Virus record (IMG/VR): IMGVR_UViG_3300030108_003057
Coordinates: 28,422-92,421 of that record
DNA length: 64,000 nt
Source of the DNA: a virus
Strand: one strand, 5' to 3'
Shown here: one piece after another, positions 26,953-36,380 of the stretch
Position numbering within the stretch: the stretch's first letter is position 1
Layout: each line of letters starts with the position of its first letter
The notes under the pieces: model-generated
Seen by the model: only the letters and a program-made list of their open reading frames with translations
Database searches by the model: none
Told to the model about the DNA's origin: nothing
Made by a program: the position numbers and the translations under genes

Positions 26953-27397
26953 GAGGAAGACAATGAACTTTAACATATTAAATGAATACGAAATACGCGC
27001 TATCTTATCTGATTTTACAAGTTCGACAGACAAAGGTTATCCTGAATTAGTTACACCTCTAACATATTATACTAGAGTGGATGGTGAACAAATTCTAGCC
27101 TATTCGTCTTTTTCTGATATGGGTAATTTTTATTTCGTAGGCAATACATATGTTATGCCAAATAGTAGAGGTAAAGGAGTGTATACTAACTTACTAACTA
27201 ATAGAAATAATCATCTAAAGGATAAACCTAAGATAACATTAGTTAACCCAATAGAGGGTACAGATATTTCTCAATTACTGTATCAAGTAGCAAAACAAGG
27301 CGGAAAGGTAGTAAATAGTTATGAAGAAGTGGCAGATATTATGTCGGAAGATATTTATACCTCTTTATCGAAACTACCCATGTACATATACAGGTGA
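26942..27397 (+). CDS. GNAT-family acetyltransferase
   Basis: TYVMPNSRGKGVYTNL = acetyl-CoA binding motif A. Confidence 0.7.
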   Translation: MNYKRKTMNFNILNEYEIRAILSDFTSSTDKGYPELVTPLTYYTRVDGEQILAYSSFSDMGNFYFVGNTYVMPNSRGKGVYTNLLTNRNNHLKDKPKITLVNPIEGTDISQLLYQVAKQGGKVVNSYEEVADIMSEDIYTSLSKLPMYIYR

Positions 27398-27588
27398 TAA
27401 GAATGCCCCGCACTGAATGGTTTAATCGTTGGTTAGATGAAAACTTCCCAGATGAAGAAGTAGAAGATGTTTTTGAAAAGACTTTAGAATATATTGATAA
27501 TAGTGAAAATGATACTAGAACACTACAAAAAATTAAGGCTTATATATTACAGGCTTTTAGTATGTCTAAGGGAGATGAAGAGGAATGA
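27394..27588 (+). CDS. Hypothetical acidic protein
   Basis: 64-aa ORF coupled to neighbours. Confidence 0.55.
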   Translation: MIRMPRTEWFNRWLDENFPDEEVEDVFEKTLEYIDNSENDTRTLQKIKAYILQAFSMSKGDEEE

Positions 27589-27842
27589 GTTGGGAACTCT
27601 ACCTTAAATCCATTGACCAAAAAGAAATTGATAGTTGGACAGAAGCATTAAAGGCTTTTATTAAACAAGGTAGAGAACTAGGAATTCCATTAGATATAAT
27701 GTCTGAATTAGAAAATGCAAATAAAGCAGTTGGCGCAACAGTTACTACTTCGCCGGGATTTACTCCCTCAATTCATAATATAGTTTATGGTTCATGCCCC
27801 AAGTGTAAAGATAAAAAATCTCCTTGTGGGTGTGATAAATAA
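27585..27842 (+). CDS. Tagged (MSWELYLK) protein with C-terminal CPKC..CGC
   Basis: Tag; internal ANKAV site; Cys cluster. Confidence 0.65.
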   Translation: MSWELYLKSIDQKEIDSWTEALKAFIKQGRELGIPLDIMSELENANKAVGATVTTSPGFTPSIHNIVYGSCPKCKDKKSPCGCDK

Positions 27843-29245
27843 TGAGTGAATATAAAGCATTAGAAAATATTTCTGATGATATTCAGGAAATAATTAAAAA
27901 CGCAACAACAAGATGTATTAGGGCAATTGAAGCAAGAGTGCCTAACACTGGTGTAGCGGGTGAAGGTAATAGACCTAAAAAAATTATAGAAATAATGAGA
28001 AGACACGGTGAAGGCCAATTTGCTAGAAGTACAGTAAATCTGTTCGATGGAATGGGTAGAGCCTTAGATTTAATAGAGATATTACAAAATAAAGATGAAA
28101 TACTAGTAGAAGATATACAAAATCTAAGAGAAGCACAAGAAATATTAAAAACAATATTAGCAGATAAAACTCATAAAAAGAAAGCAGGAGGCACAAACCC
28201 TAGAAATATTAGATTTAGAGTAGTTACTAAATTTAAATTAGAAGATGGTAAACCAGTTGTTGTCGATAGAGGTGATGTTTTTGGTCACTATAAAACACCA
28301 ACTGTAATAAGATATTTAGATGCTAGAAAGGAGTATGCTAGACAACAAGGTGAAGAATATACTGGGCCGAACTATAAAGAAAGTTCAGAAGATGTTAGGT
28401 TTTGGGCTAGTGATAAACCAAATACTAGCAAACCACCATTGTTTGTTGCTCTCCAAACATTTGAAGCAGAATTAAGAAAAATCCTTAAAGAAATAAAAAC
28501 GCCACCAGAACCAGCAGACCCAATAGTAATAAATATAGATAAAGGTGTTAAGTTAGAACCGTTTTCTAAATTAGCATCATTAAAGGAAGGATTTCGTGAG
28601 ATAGTAAGTAATCCAGAAATATATCCCAAAATACCAACACGTAGAGATGGTAAAAAGGTATTAGGTTCAAATAAACCAATAATTGTAAGTTATGATAAAA
28701 GTCAAAGAGCAGGTCAAAAAACCTTTACATCTGAAGTAACTGAATATATTTTTAGAATAACAAGTAACGCTGATAGAAAAATATTAGATGAGGCAGTTCC
28801 GGGTTGGGGAGAAGAAGGTAAAGATTTGGCTCAAACAAGTTCTTTAGAAGAATTTAGACTTAAAGTTAATAGCACAAGACGCACAAAGACATTAGTTAGA
28901 TTAACATTGGGTGGAGAACTATCAACCATTAGAATACCGGATAGAACACCGGGAGTAGTATTGAAAGCACAAGAATTTTTAGAAGAAATAAATAAAAGTA
29001 GATATAGCGATAAAAATAGACAATCAAAAAAATTAGAAATAATAGATAAAATATTGACTAACTCTTCTGAGCCTTTAACTGTTAGAGAAATTTTAGAGCG
29101 TTGGAGAGGTTTAACAAATTATGCTGGTAGACCATATAAAAATATTCCAACTACTAATGAATTAAGTATGATACTAAAACGACACGGTTATAAGATAGTT
29201 AACACAGTAAGAAAAATATCATATTGGGGACCGAGGAAGGAATAA
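27842..29245 (+). CDS. Hypothetical protein with a C-terminal winged-helix-like domain
   Basis: EPLTVREILERW...IPTTNELSMILKRHGY. Confidence 0.75.
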   Translation: MSEYKALENISDDIQEIIKNATTRCIRAIEARVPNTGVAGEGNRPKKIIEIMRRHGEGQFARSTVNLFDGMGRALDLIEILQNKDEILVEDIQNLREAQEILKTILADKTHKKKAGGTNPRNIRFRVVTKFKLEDGKPVVVDRGDVFGHYKTPTVIRYLDARKEYARQQGEEYTGPNYKESSEDVRFWASDKPNTSKPPLFVALQTFEAELRKILKEIKTPPEPADPIVINIDKGVKLEPFSKLASLKEGFREIVSNPEIYPKIPTRRDGKKVLGSNKPIIVSYDKSQRAGQKTFTSEVTEYIFRITSNADRKILDEAVPGWGEEGKDLAQTSSLEEFRLKVNSTRRTKTLVRLTLGGELSTIRIPDRTPGVVLKAQEFLEEINKSRYSDKNRQSKKLEIIDKILTNSSEPLTVREILERWRGLTNYAGRPYKNIPTTNELSMILKRHGYKIVNTVRKISYWGPRKE

Positions 29246-29247
29246 TT

Positions 29248-29529
29248 ATGTCTTGGGAAAATATTGTTAAAAGAAAAAAGATGAAACCTTTGTATAAAAA
29301 ATTAATTGATGATGTAGTAGAAGAATTATATAGCCCTGCATCTGCTCAAGAAATATATTCGCTGATGCGTGATAAATTTGAAAAAGAAATACAATTCTCC
29401 GGTCGTAAAGTTTTAACTGGAAGATATTTCCCAGATATAGGTGCTGTTAGACAGTATCTTAAAGTTAATCACAAATCTACGGGTATGTTTAAACAAAGAA
29501 AATTATACGGTGGTAATCAGAATGACTAG
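29248..29529 (+). CDS. Tagged (MSWENIVK) winged-helix-like protein
   Basis: SPASAQEIYSLM...FPDIGAVRQYLK, similar in pattern to the C-terminal domain of the upstream gene. Confidence 0.65.
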   Translation: MSWENIVKRKKMKPLYKKLIDDVVEELYSPASAQEIYSLMRDKFEKEIQFSGRKVLTGRYFPDIGAVRQYLKVNHKSTGMFKQRKLYGGNQND

Positions 29530-30184
29530 AGTAACCCGTAAAACCTGCCCAGTATGTAATCACGAAGAACGTGATATAATAGAACAAGGAGTTCTTGACG
29601 GAAGTATTGACCCATCAGTATTAGATAAAGATAATGGTTGGTGGAATGGAACTACCCGTAAACATATGCAAAACCACACAGACAATTATGTTTCACATTC
29701 AAACGACAATTGTAAGTTATGTACACATCAGTCAAGGGCTGATATTGAAGCAGGTCTTTCAGATGGCCGCACCAAAGTTAGCGAAATAGCAGAACAATTA
29801 GAAATGTCTGAGGATGCCGTACAATTACATTTAAGAAAGCATCTAAAACCTATGATACAAAAGAGCGCGGCTATGGAATTAGCACGTATTGATTTTAATG
29901 AAATGGACGTGCTTTCTAACAATATTGCTATACTACAAAATAAAGTAAATGGTTTAGCGGATAACGAAAACCTTAACTTTAAGGAAATAGATTCTTTAAC
30001 TAGATTAGCAAAGGAAATAAGGGAATCCCTTAAATATATGTTAGAATTTAAAGGACAATTAGTACACAAGAGAGAAGAAACTATTGTGGTCCAGCAGGTT
30101 GAGGTTATTCAAAGAGTATTAATTGAAAAATACCCCGAAGTATGGACAGACATAAGAGATGCAGTTGCGGAGAAATTACAATGA
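29522..30184 (+). CDS. Putative terminase small subunit (two CxxCxH + HTH repeats, coiled-coil C-terminus)
   Basis: CPVCNH...HMQNH and CKLCTH...VSEIAEQLEMSEDAVQLHLRKH; start MTRVTRK at 29522. Confidence 0.55.
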   Translation: MTRVTRKTCPVCNHEERDIIEQGVLDGSIDPSVLDKDNGWWNGTTRKHMQNHTDNYVSHSNDNCKLCTHQSRADIEAGLSDGRTKVSEIAEQLEMSEDAVQLHLRKHLKPMIQKSAAMELARIDFNEMDVLSNNIAILQNKVNGLADNENLNFKEIDSLTRLAKEIRESLKYMLEFKGQLVHKREETIVVQQVEVIQRVLIEKYPEVWTDIRDAVAEKLQ

Positions 30185-30378
30185 GTTGGGAAAATATATT
30201 CAAAAAAGAACCCGTTAGGATTGATTTTACGAGCAGTAAGAAACTAATGGCTTGGGTAAGTGATGAATACGGTACTGGGAGAGGCCCATTTACAATAGAA
30301 TCTATTTATGCTCAGTTAAAGAAAGATGGGACTTTTGAAGATAGAATGGAATTTATTGATGATAAAAGAATTAGGTGA
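30181..30378 (+). CDS. Tagged (MSWENIFK) small protein
   Basis: ATG 30181 overlaps the upstream stop. Confidence 0.6.
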   Translation: MSWENIFKKEPVRIDFTSSKKLMAWVSDEYGTGRGPFTIESIYAQLKKDGTFEDRMEFIDDKRIR

Positions 30379-30383
30379 TTAAA

Positions 30384-30587
30384 ATGAGTTGGTATGAAGT
30401 AATAAAAGTAAAACTTGCAGGTTTACCGGCTTATTCTGGTACATGTCCTAGATGTAAAAAATTTATTAGAACTGGTGACCCTTGCCCATTAAATTTACCG
30501 GCTCCTAGTGCTGAAGATTCTCCAGAAGATATTATGTTAGAATCATGCCCTATGAAAGTAGATGATGACGCAATACATCTGGAGTAA
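30384..30587 (+). CDS. Tagged (MSWYEVIK) small Cys-containing protein
   Basis: GGTGA RBS; CPRC..CP..CP. Confidence 0.6.
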   Translation: MSWYEVIKVKLAGLPAYSGTCPRCKKFIRTGDPCPLNLPAPSAEDSPEDIMLESCPMKVDDDAIHLE

Positions 30588-30592
30588 TTCAT

Positions 30593-30793
30593 ATGACCTT
30601 ACAGGGTATTATTAATACCATAAATAATTCTATACGTAGTTTAGAGGAATATAAAAAAACCTCACCACGAAATATAGAAACTACCATAAATAAAACAATA
30701 AGTTTATTAAAGACATTGAGAAGTCAGTATACGGAGTACCTAACTACTCAAACTAAATTGGGGGATTACGATGGGCAAGCATCCAAAAGATAA
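30593..30793 (+). CDS. Small helical protein with C-terminal PIP-like QTKLGDY
   Basis: 66-aa ORF. Confidence 0.55.
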   Translation: MTLQGIINTINNSIRSLEEYKKTSPRNIETTINKTISLLKTLRSQYTEYLTTQTKLGDYDGQASKR

Positions 30794-31124
30794 AAGTTTT
30801 AATGATAAACTTATGATTTTGATGGGAGTGCCTATTGTACTAACATGGTTAGGTTTAGCCGCATATGTTATTTATATGGCTACTAAAGACCCTGACGTAG
30901 TTCTACAAAACTTAGATGGGTTTACTGCTGTATTAGGATTAATTGGTGGTCCCGCTTTACTAATTATTACTAGTATGTTAGACCTATGGAAGAACGAACA
31001 GGCTAACGAAATTAATGAGATTCCTTCTGAATTAGCGCATCGTCGCACTCTTCAAGAAATGGAGCAAAAACACGCTCTATCTATGGATGCCTTTTTAACA
31101 AAAACGGAGGGTAAAAAAGAATGA
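30771..31124 (+). CDS. Two-TM membrane protein (possible holin-like)
   Basis: LMILMGVPIVLTWLGLAAYVIY and FTAVLGLIGGPALLIITSML. Confidence 0.6.
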   Translation: MGKHPKDKSFNDKLMILMGVPIVLTWLGLAAYVIYMATKDPDVVLQNLDGFTAVLGLIGGPALLIITSMLDLWKNEQANEINEIPSELAHRRTLQEMEQKHALSMDAFLTKTEGKKE

Positions 31125-31246
31125 GTTGGTTTAATATTATTAAGAAGTTAAGTGGTAAACAATATAAGATTGATGCTAATAAAGATGGAAAAATTACGGA
31201 AGAAGATTTTAAACAGTTAAGAGAGAAAAAAGCAAAAGAGGAATAA
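31121..31246 (+). CDS. Tagged (MSWFNIIK) 41-aa EF-hand micro-protein
   Basis: MSWFNIIKKLSGKQYKIDANKDGKITEEDFKQLREKKAKEE*; DxNxDGxIxxxD loop; not in ORF track. Confidence 0.7.
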   Translation: MSWFNIIKKLSGKQYKIDANKDGKITEEDFKQLREKKAKEE

Positions 31247-31248
31247 AT

Positions 31249-31452
31249 ATGACGACAGAAAAAGAAGTTACAGATAAGGTTGAAAAGGCCGAAGATTTAG
31301 TTGAAGAAGTTTTAGAAGAATTAGAAGATTTAGGATTAGTTGATGAGGCTACCACGAATAAAATTTTAGCGAAGGTGGCTTTATATAAACGCTATATTCT
31401 AATAGCAGTTCCTGTTGTTATTGCTCTTGTAGCCGCTATTAGCGCGCTATAA
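31249..31452 (+). CDS. Small tail-anchored membrane protein
   Basis: Acidic N-terminus, C-terminal ILIAVPVVIALVAAISAL. Confidence 0.6.
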   Translation: MTTEKEVTDKVEKAEDLVEEVLEELEDLGLVDEATTNKILAKVALYKRYILIAVPVVIALVAAISAL

Positions 31453-31462
31453 GGGTGATAAT

Positions 31463-33265
31463 TTGATAGACTGGAAAGACCTGTTGATTAGAGAAAATGC
31501 TACACCCGGCAGTATTGCTAGACAAAGTATAAAGACACCAAGGGAAGCAAGCGCCGTTAAGTCATTTATAGATGATTTTGAAAGTGCTGAAAAAGATGTC
31601 GCTGCTAATAATGAAATTACTAATCCAAATGTATCGAGACTAGTAAGATATGGTAGTATTGATTTAGAAAACATTTCTAGAATATTACAAGCCCTAAAAG
31701 ATAAATACGAAGAATCTCCATTGATAGTTCTTAGTAAACAATTTAATAATTTACTAGACGCATTTACACAAGACCCCGACCAGTATGATAGATTGTCTAA
31801 ATTCGTAACTGAGACATTATATCCTGATGATAGTTATGAACCAGTTATTACTAATTTAGCGGAGTTTAGAGATAGAATAGTATATAGTGATAAAGAAGAA
31901 TTATTAGATTCCTTAGAGGCAGTAATGTTAAATGAAGAGATTCGTAGTGAACCATTCGATAAATTAATTAAACTATTACCCAATATCACTCGCACACTAA
32001 TTCTTAGCGATAGAGAAAATAGAGCAGATATTAAAACTGAGTATACATATACAGTTGCTCCACTAGTAAGATTTACAGATGTTCTTAAAGGTAATAAAAC
32101 TACTCTAGAAAAGTTCAATGATTTATTTAGATATTTAGTTAATGAAAACTGGTTAAAGGATAATATCTACAAATTTTATACTGGTGGGGTTCGTCAAGGA
32201 GAATTTGATGTTAGGTCACCTATGTATACTTTATTTAAAATATTAAAATTTACAGAAAGAGAAGATATATTTTCTGACCCCGCTATGGGTGCAGTAATGG
32301 GTAGAAGAGAACAATTGACCAGCCGTAGACCAACACTATTTAGATTATTTATTACTGAATATTTATCTGGAAAAATTTCAGGTGTTACTAAAGAAGAGGC
32401 AGACGAGTATAACAGATTAAGTTATGAAGATAAAACTACAAGAGAAGATGAAGAAATAGAAAGAATAACATTACCCAAAACAGCAGCAAATTCATTAAAA
32501 CCCAACTACGACGAGTGGTTAGTGAATCATAGAGCGTTTATGGGAGAGTATGCTAAAACCGAAAAGTCATTTGAGCAATTATATCGAAATACATTTCAAG
32601 GTGATATAGATAAGGGTAGTATATTTAGCCTATGCATTCCGAGAAAGGAAAATGAAGGTACAGTAGAACTTACTAATTTCTTAACTGATGATAGTTGGCC
32701 CTCCAATATATCGGAAGCCGACGCTAAAATTATCCTAAAGGCATACTTACGCATAATTGGAGATTTTAGTAAACTAGGATTTAGCAATATAGATACTAAT
32801 AAATTATTACAAAATCTAAGAAACATTACTAGTGATATAAGAGAACTAGAGTATACAGTGACTCGTCGTGGTGAAACTGAAACTAGAAAATTATTTACAT
32901 ATAATAAAGATACTGGTAACTTAAATCCCCCAACGGCACGTAGTCTTGATAATATTAAAGGCATGGAAAATATAAATAAGTTAATAGAAGCCTTTATTAC
33001 TGATTTCAAACAAGCACTCGATGAAACTAGCGAAGCCATATGCAAAAGCATACATTCGGCAGTTGTTGATAACATTGATAAAAGGTCAATAAAAAGATAT
33101 AATATTTTAGTTAGAAGAGAAAAGAAGTTAGATAAGAGAGGTAAACAAATGAAAGATACGTCTGGTAATGTAGAATATATATCTAGAAAGGAAGGAACAA
33201 TCCAAGAATGGATTCAAGACTTCGGCGGCAAAGATGAACCGTTAATAACTGCAAGGAGGGAGTAA
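31463..33265 (+). CDS. Large hypothetical protein with tag variant (MIDWKDLLIR)
   Basis: 600-aa ORF after GGTGA. Confidence 0.8.
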   Translation: MIDWKDLLIRENATPGSIARQSIKTPREASAVKSFIDDFESAEKDVAANNEITNPNVSRLVRYGSIDLENISRILQALKDKYEESPLIVLSKQFNNLLDAFTQDPDQYDRLSKFVTETLYPDDSYEPVITNLAEFRDRIVYSDKEELLDSLEAVMLNEEIRSEPFDKLIKLLPNITRTLILSDRENRADIKTEYTYTVAPLVRFTDVLKGNKTTLEKFNDLFRYLVNENWLKDNIYKFYTGGVRQGEFDVRSPMYTLFKILKFTEREDIFSDPAMGAVMGRREQLTSRRPTLFRLFITEYLSGKISGVTKEEADEYNRLSYEDKTTREDEEIERITLPKTAANSLKPNYDEWLVNHRAFMGEYAKTEKSFEQLYRNTFQGDIDKGSIFSLCIPRKENEGTVELTNFLTDDSWPSNISEADAKIILKAYLRIIGDFSKLGFSNIDTNKLLQNLRNITSDIRELEYTVTRRGETETRKLFTYNKDTGNLNPPTARSLDNIKGMENINKLIEAFITDFKQALDETSEAICKSIHSAVVDNIDKRSIKRYNILVRREKKLDKRGKQMKDTSGNVEYISRKEGTIQEWIQDFGGKDEPLITARRE

Positions 33266-33266
33266 A

Positions 33267-35801
33267 ATGGATGAAAAAATTAAACAAATAGTTAGCGGAA
33301 TTTTAGAGGACCTTACTTTAGAATTAGATATTACTAAAGATATTGAATATCTTATTAGACAAATTTCTGGAGAGAAATTAGACGAAGTAGCAGTAGGCAA
33401 CGAGTATGATACTTATGATGGTCTATTAAGAAATATATTTGAAATAAGAAATACATTTTTTGAAAACTTTTCCAATAGAATAATTTATAATAATGCTCCC
33501 CTAAATCATTTAGGTAGCGAAATAGAATATGATTGGTATGAAAGATTAGAGAAAAATATTGATGAATACGACTTATCTAATCCTGAGTTACGACAAGTGG
33601 TACAAGAACAAAGACAGGTCTTATATAGAAACAGCGATTTAATAGTAGCAGATATACCAATTCTTACTTTTACAGAAGACGAAATACAATTTTTTGGTAA
33701 CTTGTTAGACGCAGTATCTTCTGTATCTCCCGCTAAAGTAATGGATGCTTTTGATTTTGTTGAGGATATTACAACAACTTCCGCTACTAATCTTAAAGCC
33801 AGAGAAAAAACATATAAGTTCTGGGAACAGGTCGATAACCAATTTATTAACTTAGTAAATGAATTAAATAATAGTATTGAACTAATTGAATCATTAAAGG
33901 TTGAAGGCGAAGGTGGAGAAACTGTTTATAGAAATATCGAAGTACCAAGTTATATTGTAAAGATGGGAAGAATTAAATTAAAGAGGGGCATAAAACCAAA
34001 TCATCCTGTTGTTGTTGATATTTTAGAAGCAAAATATATTAAAGAAGAAATAGATGATGCTTTAGATAGAGAACAAGTAGCAGAATATCGGGGAGACCAG
34101 ATAGTGGGCTACTCGGCAGGTATTGGTAGAGAAGATAAAGATTACATAAGTTCTTTAGACGATGTAAGACAAAAACTAGACGATGTAGAAGATGATAGTT
34201 TTATTAGCGAAAATATAATTATAGACCCATTACTATCTATTATAATACAACAGGAAGAATTTCCAGTTATGTTAAATGAAGAAGAAATTAAACAAAATAT
34301 AGAGAAAGTAATTTCTAAACAAAGAAAAAATATTCCTAAAGAAAATTTAGAATTTAATATCGATTCACTAGAAGCAGCAGAAAAACATATGCAAGAAAAT
34401 CTAAGGTTGTATAAACCAATAATACAAAATGAATATAAATTTGCTATTATGGATGGGCCAGAAATATCATTAGAACAAGTAAAGTTTGATGATGTGGCGC
34501 AACCACAATTTACTATACAGGTAGCAAAGTTTGATAGTGGTGAATTTAAAATAAAAGATATGAATTTTAGTAACTATTCAGAATTAGTATCTTACATAAA
34601 CGATAACACTAATGAATTTTTTAATCTATTAGTCGATAAAATATATAATGTAGAATCATGGTTAAAGACAGGAGATGATGAAAAAGCATTTAAAGTCCCA
34701 CAGCCTAAAAGAACTGGTGGAGGAACGCGTGGAGAATTTTTAGGAAGAATAACAGGTGAAGGGGTTGCTACTATACCTTATAAAAGAGTAGAAGCAACTG
34801 AGGTTCCTAAAAATCTCAGTAGATTATCGGATGCTATTGAATCATTTTATTATAAAGTATTAAAAACACAAAGAGTTATGTTCAAAGACCAACCTAATTT
34901 TGTTAAGACTGAAAGATATAGAGCACTACAAAGAAAAATTGATAGTGATGAAGTACTGGGAGTAGCAAGAGAAATAGCATCAGGTCGCTCAAAACCACAA
35001 TTTACTAAAGAATTATTTTTAGATATTAATTCATTTGTAAAACAACTAAATAGAGCAAATTTTAGTAAATATAAATCATCATTAAAAGATGAATCCACAG
35101 ACTTTATTACAGGAGTAACTAGTTTATTTAAGCCGTTAGGTAGAAGAAAACAAAAACAAATTCAAAGAAATCTTTCAGCCAAGTTAGGAACAATCTTGTA
35201 TGGTTTGTGGTTGGATTCTCAAACAGATAAAGAATCAAAGCCACCAAGATTTATGTATAGAAATTTAGATTACTGGGCTAAATTATCAGAGCGAATAAGA
35301 GAAGAGGGCGAAGAAGAAAAGTTATCTTTAGTAAATTTAGCAAGATTTTTTGAAGACCCAGATATTAAAGAATACTTACAAAGCGATGAAATAATAGGTG
35401 AACCCAAAATTACTACTGATAAAAGGGGAGAAAAAACAATAAATGTTAACACTGCTAAAGATAAAAGAGAAATAAATACTATAATCTATGGTGATAATGG
35501 AATTACTGGTAACTTGGTTAGAGCAGAGACACAACTTAAACCACTAGCGAAAGCAATATTAGATTCCGTTGATTTATTAAGAAAAATAAATAATCAACCA
35601 ATACATTACGGACAATTAGATGTTACTTGTTATAATGATAATGCATATACTATTTCACACGTAAATGCACTATATAATGTAGACATTTATGCTACTGATA
35701 TAGATACTATCGTTAAATCAGAAAACACTATTAATGAATTAAAAAATACACTAGGTTTGCCTAAGCATGTTATTTACCATGTAAAGGGGTTGTATAGATG
35801 A
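33267..35801 (+). CDS. Large hypothetical protein (844 aa)
   Basis: Long ORF, GGAGG RBS. Confidence 0.8.
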   Translation: MDEKIKQIVSGILEDLTLELDITKDIEYLIRQISGEKLDEVAVGNEYDTYDGLLRNIFEIRNTFFENFSNRIIYNNAPLNHLGSEIEYDWYERLEKNIDEYDLSNPELRQVVQEQRQVLYRNSDLIVADIPILTFTEDEIQFFGNLLDAVSSVSPAKVMDAFDFVEDITTTSATNLKAREKTYKFWEQVDNQFINLVNELNNSIELIESLKVEGEGGETVYRNIEVPSYIVKMGRIKLKRGIKPNHPVVVDILEAKYIKEEIDDALDREQVAEYRGDQIVGYSAGIGREDKDYISSLDDVRQKLDDVEDDSFISENIIIDPLLSIIIQQEEFPVMLNEEEIKQNIEKVISKQRKNIPKENLEFNIDSLEAAEKHMQENLRLYKPIIQNEYKFAIMDGPEISLEQVKFDDVAQPQFTIQVAKFDSGEFKIKDMNFSNYSELVSYINDNTNEFFNLLVDKIYNVESWLKTGDDEKAFKVPQPKRTGGGTRGEFLGRITGEGVATIPYKRVEATEVPKNLSRLSDAIESFYYKVLKTQRVMFKDQPNFVKTERYRALQRKIDSDEVLGVAREIASGRSKPQFTKELFLDINSFVKQLNRANFSKYKSSLKDESTDFITGVTSLFKPLGRRKQKQIQRNLSAKLGTILYGLWLDSQTDKESKPPRFMYRNLDYWAKLSERIREEGEEEKLSLVNLARFFEDPDIKEYLQSDEIIGEPKITTDKRGEKTINVNTAKDKREINTIIYGDNGITGNLVRAETQLKPLAKAILDSVDLLRKINNQPIHYGQLDVTCYNDNAYTISHVNALYNVDIYATDIDTIVKSENTINELKNTLGLPKHVIYHVKGLYR

Positions 35802-36364
35802 TAACTTTTCCCGATAAAATATATTCAGAAGCAGAATTAATAGAGATGTATAATAATTCTTATTCTAAATGGATAAATAAGAATAAACAAGACGGCACTC
35901 CTTTATCAAAAACTAGAGTTCCTAGAACACAACAAACATTATTTGCACCATTTACAAGAAAAACTCCTGATGGATATTATGTTGCTATGGATGGTGATAT
36001 TTTAGCCGGTTGGGTAGGTTGGGGAAAAGTATCTGATGGATTATTCTTAACTATGGGTTCATTTACTGCTCCTGATTATAGACGACAAGGTATTCAACCT
36101 AAACTTTGGGGTAAAAGAGAGAAAATATTTGCTAATTCCGCAGTTATGACCATTACAAATAAAAAGGAAAAAGGGTGGGTTGACTATGTTAGTAGATATT
36201 ACAATAAAGTTAGTGTTGATGAACTTCCTAAAAATTTACAGAAACCAGTACAAGAAGCATTAGATTTTTATGATAAGCAAGGTAATAACCCGTTTGTTTT
36301 TTATAGGGGTCCAACCGAAGATAATGCTATGGAAAAGGCATGGGGCATCATCAAGATGAGGTGA
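35798..36364 (+). CDS. GNAT-family acetyltransferase with a C-terminal tag-like AWGIIK
   Basis: YYVAMDGDILAGW...SFTAPDYRRQGIQPKL motif A. Confidence 0.7.
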   Translation: MITFPDKIYSEAELIEMYNNSYSKWINKNKQDGTPLSKTRVPRTQQTLFAPFTRKTPDGYYVAMDGDILAGWVGWGKVSDGLFLTMGSFTAPDYRRQGIQPKLWGKREKIFANSAVMTITNKKEKGWVDYVSRYYNKVSVDELPKNLQKPVQEALDFYDKQGNNPFVFYRGPTEDNAMEKAWGIIKMR

Positions 36365-36380
36365 TGATATAACTAACTTA

